A DNA stretch of 61,583 nucleotides, filler included. It is 7 parts of 7 records of this genome, joined end to end, with 100 filler letters (N's around TTAATTAATTAA, not from the genome) between each part and the next. Parts side by side here need not be neighbours in the genome. Positions count along the whole stretch, not along the records: positions 32,211 to 38,907 come from SRR31156797_7055; positions 39,008 to 50,657 come from SRR31156797_7058; 5 more parts are not named here. The stretch is one strand, 5' to 3'. Positions within the stretch are counted from its first letter, which is position 1; each line of letters begins with the position of its first letter. The position numbers were made by a program, and so were the translations under genes. Shown here piece after piece: positions 38,750 to 47,950 of the stretch. The notes beneath the pieces are model-generated. The model saw nothing but the letters and a program-made list of their open reading frames with translations, ran no database searches and was not told the origin of the DNA.

Positions 38750-38907
38750 CTATTCTATTCTTAAGTTAGTTGGCGGAGGTGGAACCGGGACAATGATTGC
38801 CCCTGTATCACCATATTCAAAAGCGCCAATATCTACAGCGTTTGATAATCTTGCGACACCCAAAAAATCAGATTTAACAACTGGAGTAGTATCAGCGCCC
38901 GCATCTA
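38750..38907 (-). CDS. C-terminal fragment of a secreted protein (DIGAFE, choice-of-anchor-Q-like tail)
   Basis: Minus frame DAGADTTPVVKSDFLGVARLSNAVDIGAFEYGDTGAIIVPVPPPPTNLRIE*; not listed in the ORF track. Confidence 0.65.
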
Positions 38908-39007
38908 NNNNNNNNNNNNNNNNNNNNNNNNNNNNNNNNNNNNNNNNNNNNTTAATTAATTAANNNNNNNNNNNNNNNNNNNNNNNNNNNNNNNNNNNNN
39001 NNNNNNN
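38908..39007. other. Artificial contig spacer
   Basis: Same linker. Confidence 0.97.
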
Positions 39008-39425
39008 GCCAAAAGGGTATGGAAAGGATAGCTTGTATTGAGACCCTCTCAATACAAAACATACAAGTAGTGATATAAATATACTATATAAGTAATATAA
39101 TTGCAAGTGTTTTCATCAAATAAACGGAAAATATTTGTATTTTTGTGAATATTTTATGTATAAACTATGAATGAACAATTAGTAAAGAGGTGTTATATTA
39201 AGATTAGACCCTCTCTACACCAATCTATGGGGCATTTGAATTCATTGTTCTTAAATATTCACACTTTTCCATTAATATATAACACTTATTACAAATACAT
39301 ACTTACAATAATATATAATAGTAGTGACTTTTAATGTATTTAGTATAATTATGCAACAATATACATATTTTGCTTAGCAATTTTCTATAATTATACAAGT
39401 TAATTTTTTAGGAAATTGTATTGCA

Positions 39426-40469
39426 GTGGATTATTTAAAGCCCAAAACAATTGTAAGTATATTTATAGGTACTATCTTAGGTGCTGGATTTGCGTCGGGT
39501 CAGGAATTGATGCAATTTTTCCTGAAATATTCATCTTTTGGATATCTTGGCCTTGCCGGCGCAGGAGTAGTACTTTTTATAGCAACTTTTTCTATCATGC
39601 TTTACAGCAAGAGAAATAATTTTAGAAATTATAGTGATTTGTTCAATAATAGACCTCTGGCAAAAAAATTGACTGATTACTATATCAGCATATTCACATT
39701 TTTTTTAATAGGAGTTATGACAGCAGGTGCTGGTTCATTATTTAATACATTGACATCAAAACCTAATTTCATAGGCATAGGTATAATGATACTATTGTCA
39801 TTCTTTTGTATAGCTGCAGGATTGAAAACTGCATATTCAATACTTCAGAAAGTTCTGTCAGCAGCCATAATACTAATAATAATCACATCTGTTTTTATAA
39901 TATTAAATGGCAATAATACTGCCCAAAATTATCTGGTGGAGAGCAAAATCCCTTGGTATATATCTGCAGTTATATTTGTTTCTAATAATATTGTAGCACT
40001 AATCGTAGTTCTTGTACCTATTTCAAGCAGAACAAAAAGCAGAAAAACCATTCTTATTTCCACTGGAACAGCATCACTCATAGTAGTTATTATTGCTTTC
40101 TTTTGTCTTCTAGCAATGCAGTATAATCTTAGCAATATCATTAGCTCAGAAATACCAATGATACCATTAGCCTTCATGGTTCACCCTTTGCTGGGCATTA
40201 TATATTCTATAGTCATGTTTATAGCAATATTCACAACAATAATCTGCTGTACCATATCTCTGTGTGAAAGGTTGGCAAAATCAAAACTCAAAATGAAATA
40301 TAATTACTGGGTTATGCTTATACTTCTATTTGCGTCTTTTCTCAGCAGATACAGCTTCTCTGCATTAATCAGAGTTATATACTCATTAGCAGGGATAATT
40401 GGATTTATTATAATCATTTCTATTTTCATAAATTTAATTTTCAATAGGAAAAATAATTCTAATCTTTAA
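39426..40469 (+). CDS. YkvI-family membrane protein
   Basis: IGTILGAGFASGQELMQFF signature; about 10 TM helices. Confidence 0.85.
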   Translation: MDYLKPKTIVSIFIGTILGAGFASGQELMQFFLKYSSFGYLGLAGAGVVLFIATFSIMLYSKRNNFRNYSDLFNNRPLAKKLTDYYISIFTFFLIGVMTAGAGSLFNTLTSKPNFIGIGIMILLSFFCIAAGLKTAYSILQKVLSAAIILIIITSVFIILNGNNTAQNYLVESKIPWYISAVIFVSNNIVALIVVLVPISSRTKSRKTILISTGTASLIVVIIAFFCLLAMQYNLSNIISSEIPMIPLAFMVHPLLGIIYSIVMFIAIFTTIICCTISLCERLAKSKLKMKYNYWVMLILLFASFLSRYSFSALIRVIYSLAGIIGFIIIISIFINLIFNRKNNSNL

Positions 40470-41943
40470 GTTTTGTAGCAAATGCCTTATCCTCAGACAA
40501 AAAGGATAAAAGCAAAACATAAATCATCATCATATATCCAAATACAAATATAAAATCCATTAATGAATGCAGCAAAATCCCTAATGTAACAAAGCTTAAA
40601 GTATAGTTTGTAATACTAAAATTTTGGATTTTGATAAGCAGCACATTCCTGATAAATACTTTACTTTGTACTAAAACAATGGTTATCATTCCAAGTAATC
40701 CAAACACACCTGTTTCAATAGTAGTTTTCATCAAATAGCTATGGGGAAATCTAGAATAAGTATAGTTTTCAAAGCTATAGCCTATGCTTAACTGCTGCCA
40801 TGCATTTCCGCCGTACCCGAATACAGGTGAATCTTTCATCAAATCAATCCATATTCTAAAGTAGCATATACGAGATGATAAAGACTCTAATGTTACATAT
40901 TCACCAAAATATATATGTATTGCAATACGCAGTGAAATAAACAGTATCATTCCAAAGAACAATATATACATAATCAGCCACAATATTTTATAAGATATTT
41001 TTTGGTTATACTGTTTAATCTCTAGGTCAGTACACTCATAAAAAATAGATATAATAAAGCTTACCAAAAATATTATTATTGTCTTAATCCACATGCTGGA
41101 TATAGGAATGCTCATAACAGCAAATTCTTCATAAGTAAAATACAGCAGAATAAAGGCTGGAACTGCTGTTATTATTAAGATCTTAACAATTTGCTTTCTC
41201 ATATCTCTTGCATAGATTATATAGCAAACCAATACAAGTCCCCAAACCAAATATCCTCCTCGGCTCAGTGTCATAACAAAAAAGTAAATCTGCAGAAACA
41301 TTGTTGCTGATACAAAGCACCTGAATACTACATTACCATTACGCAGAACGATTACCAAACCAATAAAATACATCACCATTGTAAAAGTAGCGTAGAGATT
41401 AGTATACTGAAATACTCCTGTAGCACGAGTAACAGGAAAATCTGCCAAAATGCTTGTACCGTATACATTTAAATAGTTTAGAGTATCATTAAGCAGAACA
41501 ATAATTTTTCGCTCACCATAATAATCAACTGAAATAAGTGCAATAAATATTCCAATAATATATAATGCACTAAGCATCATATGCTTCCTTTTTTCATTTG
41601 TAAAGAATTGATATGAACATATGCAAATGCAGTAGAGCATAATATATTTTTTAATTTCAAATATGCTTTCATCAGGAAATATTGATACATTATCTGCAAC
41701 CAGATATCCCATTATCATTAGCATAATACCTAGCTGAAAATATGTAAAAACAAACGGAGACTTCTTTTCAATAATTCCATTTATTATAAAAATGGCAGTA
41801 GTAATTCCCGTAATTATAAAAATTCCATTGTACTCAACGGCAAAAAATAAGCCTTTATAAAAAATCGGTAAAATGTAGATTACCAATAATCCTATAAAGG
41901 CAGAAAATGTTAATATCTTTTTTCTGGTATTAATCCTTTTCAT
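40459..41943 (-). CDS. O-antigen ligase/O-oligosaccharyltransferase-like (Wzy_C) membrane protein
   Basis: RATGVFQYTN, TLSRGG, FGYGGNAW, PHSYLMKTTIETGVFG and LLHSLMDF. Confidence 0.85.
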   Translation of the reverse strand: MKRINTRKKILTFSAFIGLLVIYILPIFYKGLFFAVEYNGIFIITGITTAIFIINGIIEKKSPFVFTYFQLGIMLMIMGYLVADNVSIFPDESIFEIKKYIMLYCICICSYQFFTNEKRKHMMLSALYIIGIFIALISVDYYGERKIIVLLNDTLNYLNVYGTSILADFPVTRATGVFQYTNLYATFTMVMYFIGLVIVLRNGNVVFRCFVSATMFLQIYFFVMTLSRGGYLVWGLVLVCYIIYARDMRKQIVKILIITAVPAFILLYFTYEEFAVMSIPISSMWIKTIIIFLVSFIISIFYECTDLEIKQYNQKISYKILWLIMYILFFGMILFISLRIAIHIYFGEYVTLESLSSRICYFRIWIDLMKDSPVFGYGGNAWQQLSIGYSFENYTYSRFPHSYLMKTTIETGVFGLLGMITIVLVQSKVFIRNVLLIKIQNFSITNYTLSFVTLGILLHSLMDFIFVFGYMMMIYVLLLSFLSEDKAFATKLKD

Positions 41944-41950
41944 CAGTTAA

Positions 41951-43150
41951 TCAATAATATTTGTTCTTTCTTACCTGCATAAATACCAGTACAACTATGG
42001 CTATCAGTATTACTATAATTGGAATAATGATCCATATATTATCTATAAAGAAGCCTTTTGTCTCCTCAACAGGAGTTACATTGCTGGTACTTTGCTGCTG
42101 GTTGGTTTGCTCTTTTACTACAAATATATTATAAATACTTATTTCATTATTTTCTGCTGTAACTTCGATTAATATCTGTGTTCCTTCATCACCGATTGGG
42201 AAGAATAATAATCCGTTTTCATCCACAGAGACACCCTCTGCACTGCATACTGCACTTGCCATTACATGATTAACATATGGATAAACATAGAATTTTGTCG
42301 CTTCGTCAGGTATTATTGCAGTATATCTATAAACATCTTCATTTATTACAATTGTGGCTGGTTCAAAGTAATCTGTAGCAGAATAACCTTCAAATTCAAC
42401 TAAAGTTAATGTACTATCGCCTGATTCTTCCGCTGCCTTTGTAAATGTAAGGCTGTAAGAAGTAAAAGCATCATCTATCTGTCCCTGAATGTAAATTGTT
42501 GTGCTTTTTTTTGATGTGTCAACCATAATAGGTTCATTATTGCCTGTAACTATATTGCCGTTCTCCAGCACCACACTCACCTGCGTAAATTCATTACCTG
42601 TAACAAAATAGTCCAGAGAAATCTTGTCAACTGATTTAGGCAAGTTATATTCTACTCCATCATCCAGCAACAATATATCATCAGTAGGCAGTGAATCACC
42701 ATTTCCATCATATATGGTCCAGCTTACAGTTGTGATAGTATTATCTCTGGATACTGCACTCCTGTCTAGCTGAATGTCAAATTCTGATTCTTTATCTGTA
42801 GTATTGTCAGTCACAGTTATTGTAATGTAGCACTGCTGCTGAGTACTGATATCCTTGTGAGGATATTTCTTATAAGTGCTGCCGTTGATTGTAATTTCTA
42901 TATCATCAGCAGTATCATCTGTATTTGCTGTAACTTTTATATAATTTGTACCAGTTGGATACGTATGCTTAGAATAACTGCTGGTTAATTCATCCTCGTT
43001 AATTTCCTCAATCAAAATCATATCCTCATCAAAAAATTCCAGCTTAAGGGTAAGGTCAACTGACTTAGTGTCTGCCAGAGCTGACTTAGTCAGTATACTT
43101 ACTGCAAGTACAATACCTAAAACCCATATGCCAATTTTCAGTGTTTTCAT
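41951..43150 (-). CDS. Membrane-anchored cadherin-like beta-sandwich protein
   Basis: Signal peptide, acidic beta-rich repeats with IEVTAENN..SIYNIFV, C-terminal TM helix and basic tail. Confidence 0.7.
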   Translation of the reverse strand: MKTLKIGIWVLGIVLAVSILTKSALADTKSVDLTLKLEFFDEDMILIEEINEDELTSSYSKHTYPTGTNYIKVTANTDDTADDIEITINGSTYKKYPHKDISTQQQCYITITVTDNTTDKESEFDIQLDRSAVSRDNTITTVSWTIYDGNGDSLPTDDILLLDDGVEYNLPKSVDKISLDYFVTGNEFTQVSVVLENGNIVTGNNEPIMVDTSKKSTTIYIQGQIDDAFTSYSLTFTKAAEESGDSTLTLVEFEGYSATDYFEPATIVINEDVYRYTAIIPDEATKFYVYPYVNHVMASAVCSAEGVSVDENGLLFFPIGDEGTQILIEVTAENNEISIYNIFVVKEQTNQQQSTSNVTPVEETKGFFIDNIWIIIPIIVILIAIVVLVFMQVRKNKYY

Positions 43151-43198
43151 CTCAATCTCCAATTGTTAGCCCTAATATATTCCTATTTCTTTTCAAGC

Positions 43199-46100
43199 TT
43201 ATTTTAGTGTTGACATACTGTACGAACTAATCGTCCGCATGTATACCACAGTCTCTTCAAACGGTACACTCTCTGTATTGCTGCAGGCAGGATCATAGAA
43301 GTAGATAGTAGCACTGTCATATCCTGCTACCAGCATTGCATGAGAAGTACCATCCGTTCTGATGAAGTTTACAATTACTCCTACTGGATACTTATCGTAT
43401 GCACTGATTATCTTATCTTTCAAATCATCAGGTAATGATTGTCCTGCTTCTTTAACAGTCAAAGCATTCTCTGCCAGAGAAACATATGTCAATCCATTCC
43501 GTCTTGCAATAGTTTCGTGATGTACATCTACGGTATATCCTGACTGCTTGTAAACATCCATACTTGATACATTAATGGTCATATTATTTAATAGCATTGC
43601 ATAAGAAGCAATATAACTGCCACCTGACTGAGGAAGCTCAACCTGACTGATATTTGTCAATCCTAAACCTGATAAATTAGCTTGAATGTTTGACAGAAGT
43701 GAGTACAACACCCAGCCCTCTCCTGCACTGCTCTCAACATATGCCCAGTATTGAGCGTTATCATCTGAAATTATAATCTCTTTTATCATAACCTGTTGTC
43801 CTAGTGTGATTGCTGCTGTTGATTTTGCTCCTGCTTCTGCTTTTTCTAAGAGCTTAACAGATTCTTTGTCAATATACTTCTCCAAATCCAGTTCAGTATC
43901 TACAACCGTTACTTTATACTCATTTGAAGTAACCCCATCAGGTGATTTGGCAGTAATTGTAGCTGTTCCCTCTCTGTTAGCTGTCAAGTAACCCTGCTGA
44001 TTAATTGAAGCTATTTCTGAATTAGATGACTTCCATAATACTGTCTGCAAACTAGCATCACTTGGTGCGATAGTATAGCTAAGTTTTATTTCGTCACATA
44101 TGCTTATTGTCTGGCTATCAGAAGTAATAGTCACTGATTCTACAGCTATGTAGGTACCATTATCACTTACTTCAAAATAAACATAATTACCTTTTTTCGT
44201 ACCCTGTTCATTTTTTGCCATAATGTAAACATTATATTTACCCGTTTCAGTAAAGTTATCTATATATGAAGTACCTTTTACCGTTTCTGTAGTCAAGTAC
44301 TTACCGTTAAGTGTAAATACCAAATCATAACTATCCGCATTTTCACACTCATCCCAAGTAAGCTTAATATCCTCAGATTTACTGAATAATGATTTATTTA
44401 TTGTTAGTGTATCTATATCACCAATATCTGTCTTCTCCGCTACAGTAAATGATTTCTTGTACACTGTCTTTGAACCTTTGTCAAACTCTGCTGATATGAC
44501 CAAATTATATTTACCAGGATCAAGGGATGAGAAAGGTACCTTTCTGGAGAGATTGCCTCTGCTATCACTTAATTCATAGGTCTTTGCATCTACAGATACC
44601 GTACTCTCCTTTACTGTAGTACCGCTGCTGTTTATTATCTTTGCTGAGAGTTTCTCCATTTCCTGACTTGCAGAAATCACTCCCCACATATAGTAGCTGC
44701 TTCCCTCCAAAATAGTATCTGCCATACTCCAGCCAGAGAACGAGACTGATGCCGTCGTAGTTGTAGTACTTGAGCTTGATGAGGAGCTGGATGAACTGGA
44801 TGAACTAGATGAGCTAGATGAACTAGATGATGAAGATGTATCGGATTTGACTACTTCAAAACTAGCACTATAAATCTTATGTTCTCCATAAGCATTTGTT
44901 ATCATAATATATATGGTTTTCGTTCCCAAAGTTAATTCTTCCATTTTCACTTGAGAATTCATACCAGTCATTTCATACGAAAGTGTATTCACGACTTTGC
45001 TCTCATCTATCTCAGCTGTACCGCTGCTATTTACTATCTTTACTCTTACCAGAACAAATGGCACTGTGCTTTCTACTTTACCACCTAGGTAGAACGGGCT
45101 TTTATACACAATCTTGCTGTACATTGCCCAACCGCTGAAATTAATTGAATATACATTCGTGGGTGTAGGTGTAGGTGTAGGCGTTGGCGTTGGTGTTGGC
45201 GAAATAGTTACTGAAGGATATGGATCAATTGTTGGGGCAGGTGTTGGTGTTGGCGTTGGCGTTGAATCTAAATATACAAATGTATAGTTTTTCATCGCTG
45301 CAAAGCTCTCTGCTACAGAACCGCTGTAGCCATGTATAGTAATAGGATTAGTACTATAATCCTGATATATAAATGTAGAAGAATGAATACTGGTAACATC
45401 CTTTGGCACAACGAAATTCGTAATACTTGTATCTTTCATATAGAAAGCATTCTCCTCAATAGTTGTTACACCATTAGGTACAGTATATAAAGAATATGTC
45501 GCTCCATCAGGATATTTAATTAAAATTGATCCGTCTATTGTGAATATTACACCACTAACAGAACTGTATGTAGCATTTGATGCGTCAACGTTATATGCTG
45601 TGATTTTTGGCAGCAGCAGAAATGAGTCGCTATGAATTGTATCCACACTAGCTCCGATATCAATTGACTCAATGTTTGCAACTTCAAAAAATGCCAGCCG
45701 ATATATTTCATTTACTGAGGATGGTACAGAATACGTTGTCTCTGGTTTTGCTGACGGATATAAAATTAGTTTTGTATTCGCACCGCTGACTTCATTAAAC
45801 AGTACACCGTCAATAGCTTCGTAATCACTGTTGCCTGCATCTACTGTTACTTGTGCCAAGCTGGACATACCTGTAGCAAAGCCCGATTCTATGCTATTTA
45901 CATTCTGAGGAATATTTATAGAAGTAATATCATCTTGTCCATATAAAGCTTGTGTACAGATAACCTGCAAAGAATCAGGAAATGTGATGCTTGTAAGCGA
46001 ACCTGTATATCCGCTTCCCTCTTCGTAGCAGTAAAATGCCCTCTCACCGATTTCTTCAATGCCATCGGAAATCGTTACGCTTGTCAATGTACTGCAGTTC

Positions 46101-47716
46101 TTAAAAGCGTCATATCCAATTTTTGTAATACTCTTACCTGATACAGTATTGGCTATTGTCAGACTTGTCGGTGTTCCTGTATATCCTGTTGCTGTACCGC
46201 TGAATAAATTATAAACCACATTGTTTTCTTCAACTATTGATGCTATGAAATTAAGCCCTGCAGTTGCATCAGCATAGGTTTTTGCTGTAGATGGATCTTC
46301 ACCATAGATATTTACTCCCTTTGAAATAAATGTACCAAATATCCCTGCTTCTGTAACATTGGTCTCTGCATATATTGATATTTCATTAAGAGCGCATGAA
46401 GCCGACACAAATGCACCGGAAGCGATATTATCCACATCACTGGATATTTCAAATACTGTATCAGCCTTACCTCCAGGATATTTTACCAAAGTCAGAGTTG
46501 AAGTACTTGAATTATAATTATACAATAAACCATTTGTAACAAGGAAACTAGACGTGTTTGAATCGCTTAGTGCAAATTCTGTAATGCCGTCACAGTTATC
46601 AAATGCATTAGCACCGATATTTACTATGCTGACAGGTAAAGTAAAGGTACCCGAAATACTGCTGCAGTTAGCAAAGGCACTTGTTCCAATATCTGTCACA
46701 CTGTCTGGAATCGCCATACTTGTCAGAGATGTGCATCCAGAGAATGTACTGTTACCTATATGCGTCAAAGTGGAAGGCATTGAAATACTGCTTAGGATAG
46801 TATTACCACTGAACAAACTATCTCCCAGCGTTGTAACATTTGCTCCGCCAATCTGACTGGGAATTTCTTCTGAATTATAAATACCATTATATCCTGTTAT
46901 AGTATTAGTACCAGAATCAAATATAAATACAGGAGTAAATGCAATGCTGTTCGCAGCAGCATAAGTCTCTGCATATGAGTCATTGTATCCTTTAATATTA
47001 AATGAAGCATTTACGCCATTGAATGTATTTACACCCATGCTGTTTATGTTCTTTGGTACGAAAATATCTGATAAGCTTGCGCATCCGCTATATGCATAAT
47101 CACCAACAGTAGTTAAATTATCAGGAAATACAAAAGGCATCAAGCCTGTACAATTAGCAAATCCATAATCGCCAATTGCTGTCAGATTATTCGGCAGTGA
47201 AACCGATGTTATGTTTGCACAATCATAGAATGCATAGTTTGAAATGCTTGTGACAGAACTTGGTATGGTATACGTTGTCGATGTATAATTTTCAGGACAT
47301 CTTATCAGCTGTGTTTTGTTATAATTATATAGTATCCCATCCTGACTAGAGAATGTAGTATTTGCAGCATCAACTGTAAAGGATTCAATATTATCGCAAT
47401 CATTAAATGCTGTGACTGCAATTGAAGATAAATTATTACCTGTAATACTTACACTGGTTATTGTACTACTTCCAGTAAATGCTCCGTCTGCTATTGCAGT
47501 AATTGTATAAGTAGTACCATCATCTATTGTCTCTGGAATAACCAGAGCTGTATCAGAACCAGTATAGCCTTTTATAGTTGCTGAAGTGACATCATCATAC
47601 TCCAGAACATAATCACCAATAGTGACCTCTGCTGCATAGGCAAAATTTCCTATCCCTACTATTACTGCTGTTCCAATCAGCAATGTAAATATTAAACAAA
47701 TGCCAAGCTTTTTCAT
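43199..47716 (-). CDS. BspA-type leucine-rich-repeat surface protein with Ig-like (Big_2) and C39-like C-terminal domains
   Basis: Signal peptide after GGAGG; many LRR_5 units (IPxSVTxIGxxAFxxC); PT-repeat and poly-Ser linkers; Big_2 (WKSSNSEIASINQQG); C-terminal H...YDP papain-like fold. Confidence 0.88.
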   Translation of the reverse strand: MKKLGICLIFTLLIGTAVIVGIGNFAYAAEVTIGDYVLEYDDVTSATIKGYTGSDTALVIPETIDDGTTYTITAIADGAFTGSSTITSVSITGNNLSSIAVTAFNDCDNIESFTVDAANTTFSSQDGILYNYNKTQLIRCPENYTSTTYTIPSSVTSISNYAFYDCANITSVSLPNNLTAIGDYGFANCTGLMPFVFPDNLTTVGDYAYSGCASLSDIFVPKNINSMGVNTFNGVNASFNIKGYNDSYAETYAAANSIAFTPVFIFDSGTNTITGYNGIYNSEEIPSQIGGANVTTLGDSLFSGNTILSSISMPSTLTHIGNSTFSGCTSLTSMAIPDSVTDIGTSAFANCSSISGTFTLPVSIVNIGANAFDNCDGITEFALSDSNTSSFLVTNGLLYNYNSSTSTLTLVKYPGGKADTVFEISSDVDNIASGAFVSASCALNEISIYAETNVTEAGIFGTFISKGVNIYGEDPSTAKTYADATAGLNFIASIVEENNVVYNLFSGTATGYTGTPTSLTIANTVSGKSITKIGYDAFKNCSTLTSVTISDGIEEIGERAFYCYEEGSGYTGSLTSITFPDSLQVICTQALYGQDDITSINIPQNVNSIESGFATGMSSLAQVTVDAGNSDYEAIDGVLFNEVSGANTKLILYPSAKPETTYSVPSSVNEIYRLAFFEVANIESIDIGASVDTIHSDSFLLLPKITAYNVDASNATYSSVSGVIFTIDGSILIKYPDGATYSLYTVPNGVTTIEENAFYMKDTSITNFVVPKDVTSIHSSTFIYQDYSTNPITIHGYSGSVAESFAAMKNYTFVYLDSTPTPTPTPAPTIDPYPSVTISPTPTPTPTPTPTPTNVYSINFSGWAMYSKIVYKSPFYLGGKVESTVPFVLVRVKIVNSSGTAEIDESKVVNTLSYEMTGMNSQVKMEELTLGTKTIYIMITNAYGEHKIYSASFEVVKSDTSSSSSSSSSSSSSSSSSSSSSSSTTTTTASVSFSGWSMADTILEGSSYYMWGVISASQEMEKLSAKIINSSGTTVKESTVSVDAKTYELSDSRGNLSRKVPFSSLDPGKYNLVISAEFDKGSKTVYKKSFTVAEKTDIGDIDTLTINKSLFSKSEDIKLTWDECENADSYDLVFTLNGKYLTTETVKGTSYIDNFTETGKYNVYIMAKNEQGTKKGNYVYFEVSDNGTYIAVESVTITSDSQTISICDEIKLSYTIAPSDASLQTVLWKSSNSEIASINQQGYLTANREGTATITAKSPDGVTSNEYKVTVVDTELDLEKYIDKESVKLLEKAEAGAKSTAAITLGQQVMIKEIIISDDNAQYWAYVESSAGEGWVLYSLLSNIQANLSGLGLTNISQVELPQSGGSYIASYAMLLNNMTINVSSMDVYKQSGYTVDVHHETIARRNGLTYVSLAENALTVKEAGQSLPDDLKDKIISAYDKYPVGVIVNFIRTDGTSHAMLVAGYDSATIYFYDPACSNTESVPFEETVVYMRTISSYSMSTLK

Positions 47717-47914
47717 CCTAGACCTCCAAATGTACAATCATAATAATATATCACTACATGAATATACACACTAAATTATACACCAAAATTAACATATTTA
47801 CAGTATTTTTAAAAAATTAGATGAAAATGTGTAAAATTTTGCTATATTTCAGTGTTTATTAGTATTTCTACATATTGATTAATAGTATTAATTTATCTAC
47901 ATAAAGACATATGT

Positions 47915-47946
47915 AAAAGAACCCTGATATAATATGGGTTCTTTTT
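47915..47946 (-). terminator. Intrinsic terminator
   Basis: AAAAGAACCC-loop-GGGTTCTTTT immediately after the stop of the tandem-repeat adhesin. Confidence 0.7.
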
Positions 47947-47950
47947 AATG

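Noticed and set aside
38526-38963. 145-aa plus-strand ORF
   Set aside because: Runs into the N-gap and is antisense to a more convincing DIGAFE-containing C-terminal fragment.
44755-45265. CRISPR-like or mobile repeat arrays
   Set aside because: These are coding low-complexity linkers (poly-Ser, Thr-Pro) inside the LRR protein. No repeat-spacer structure or cas genes were seen in the window.
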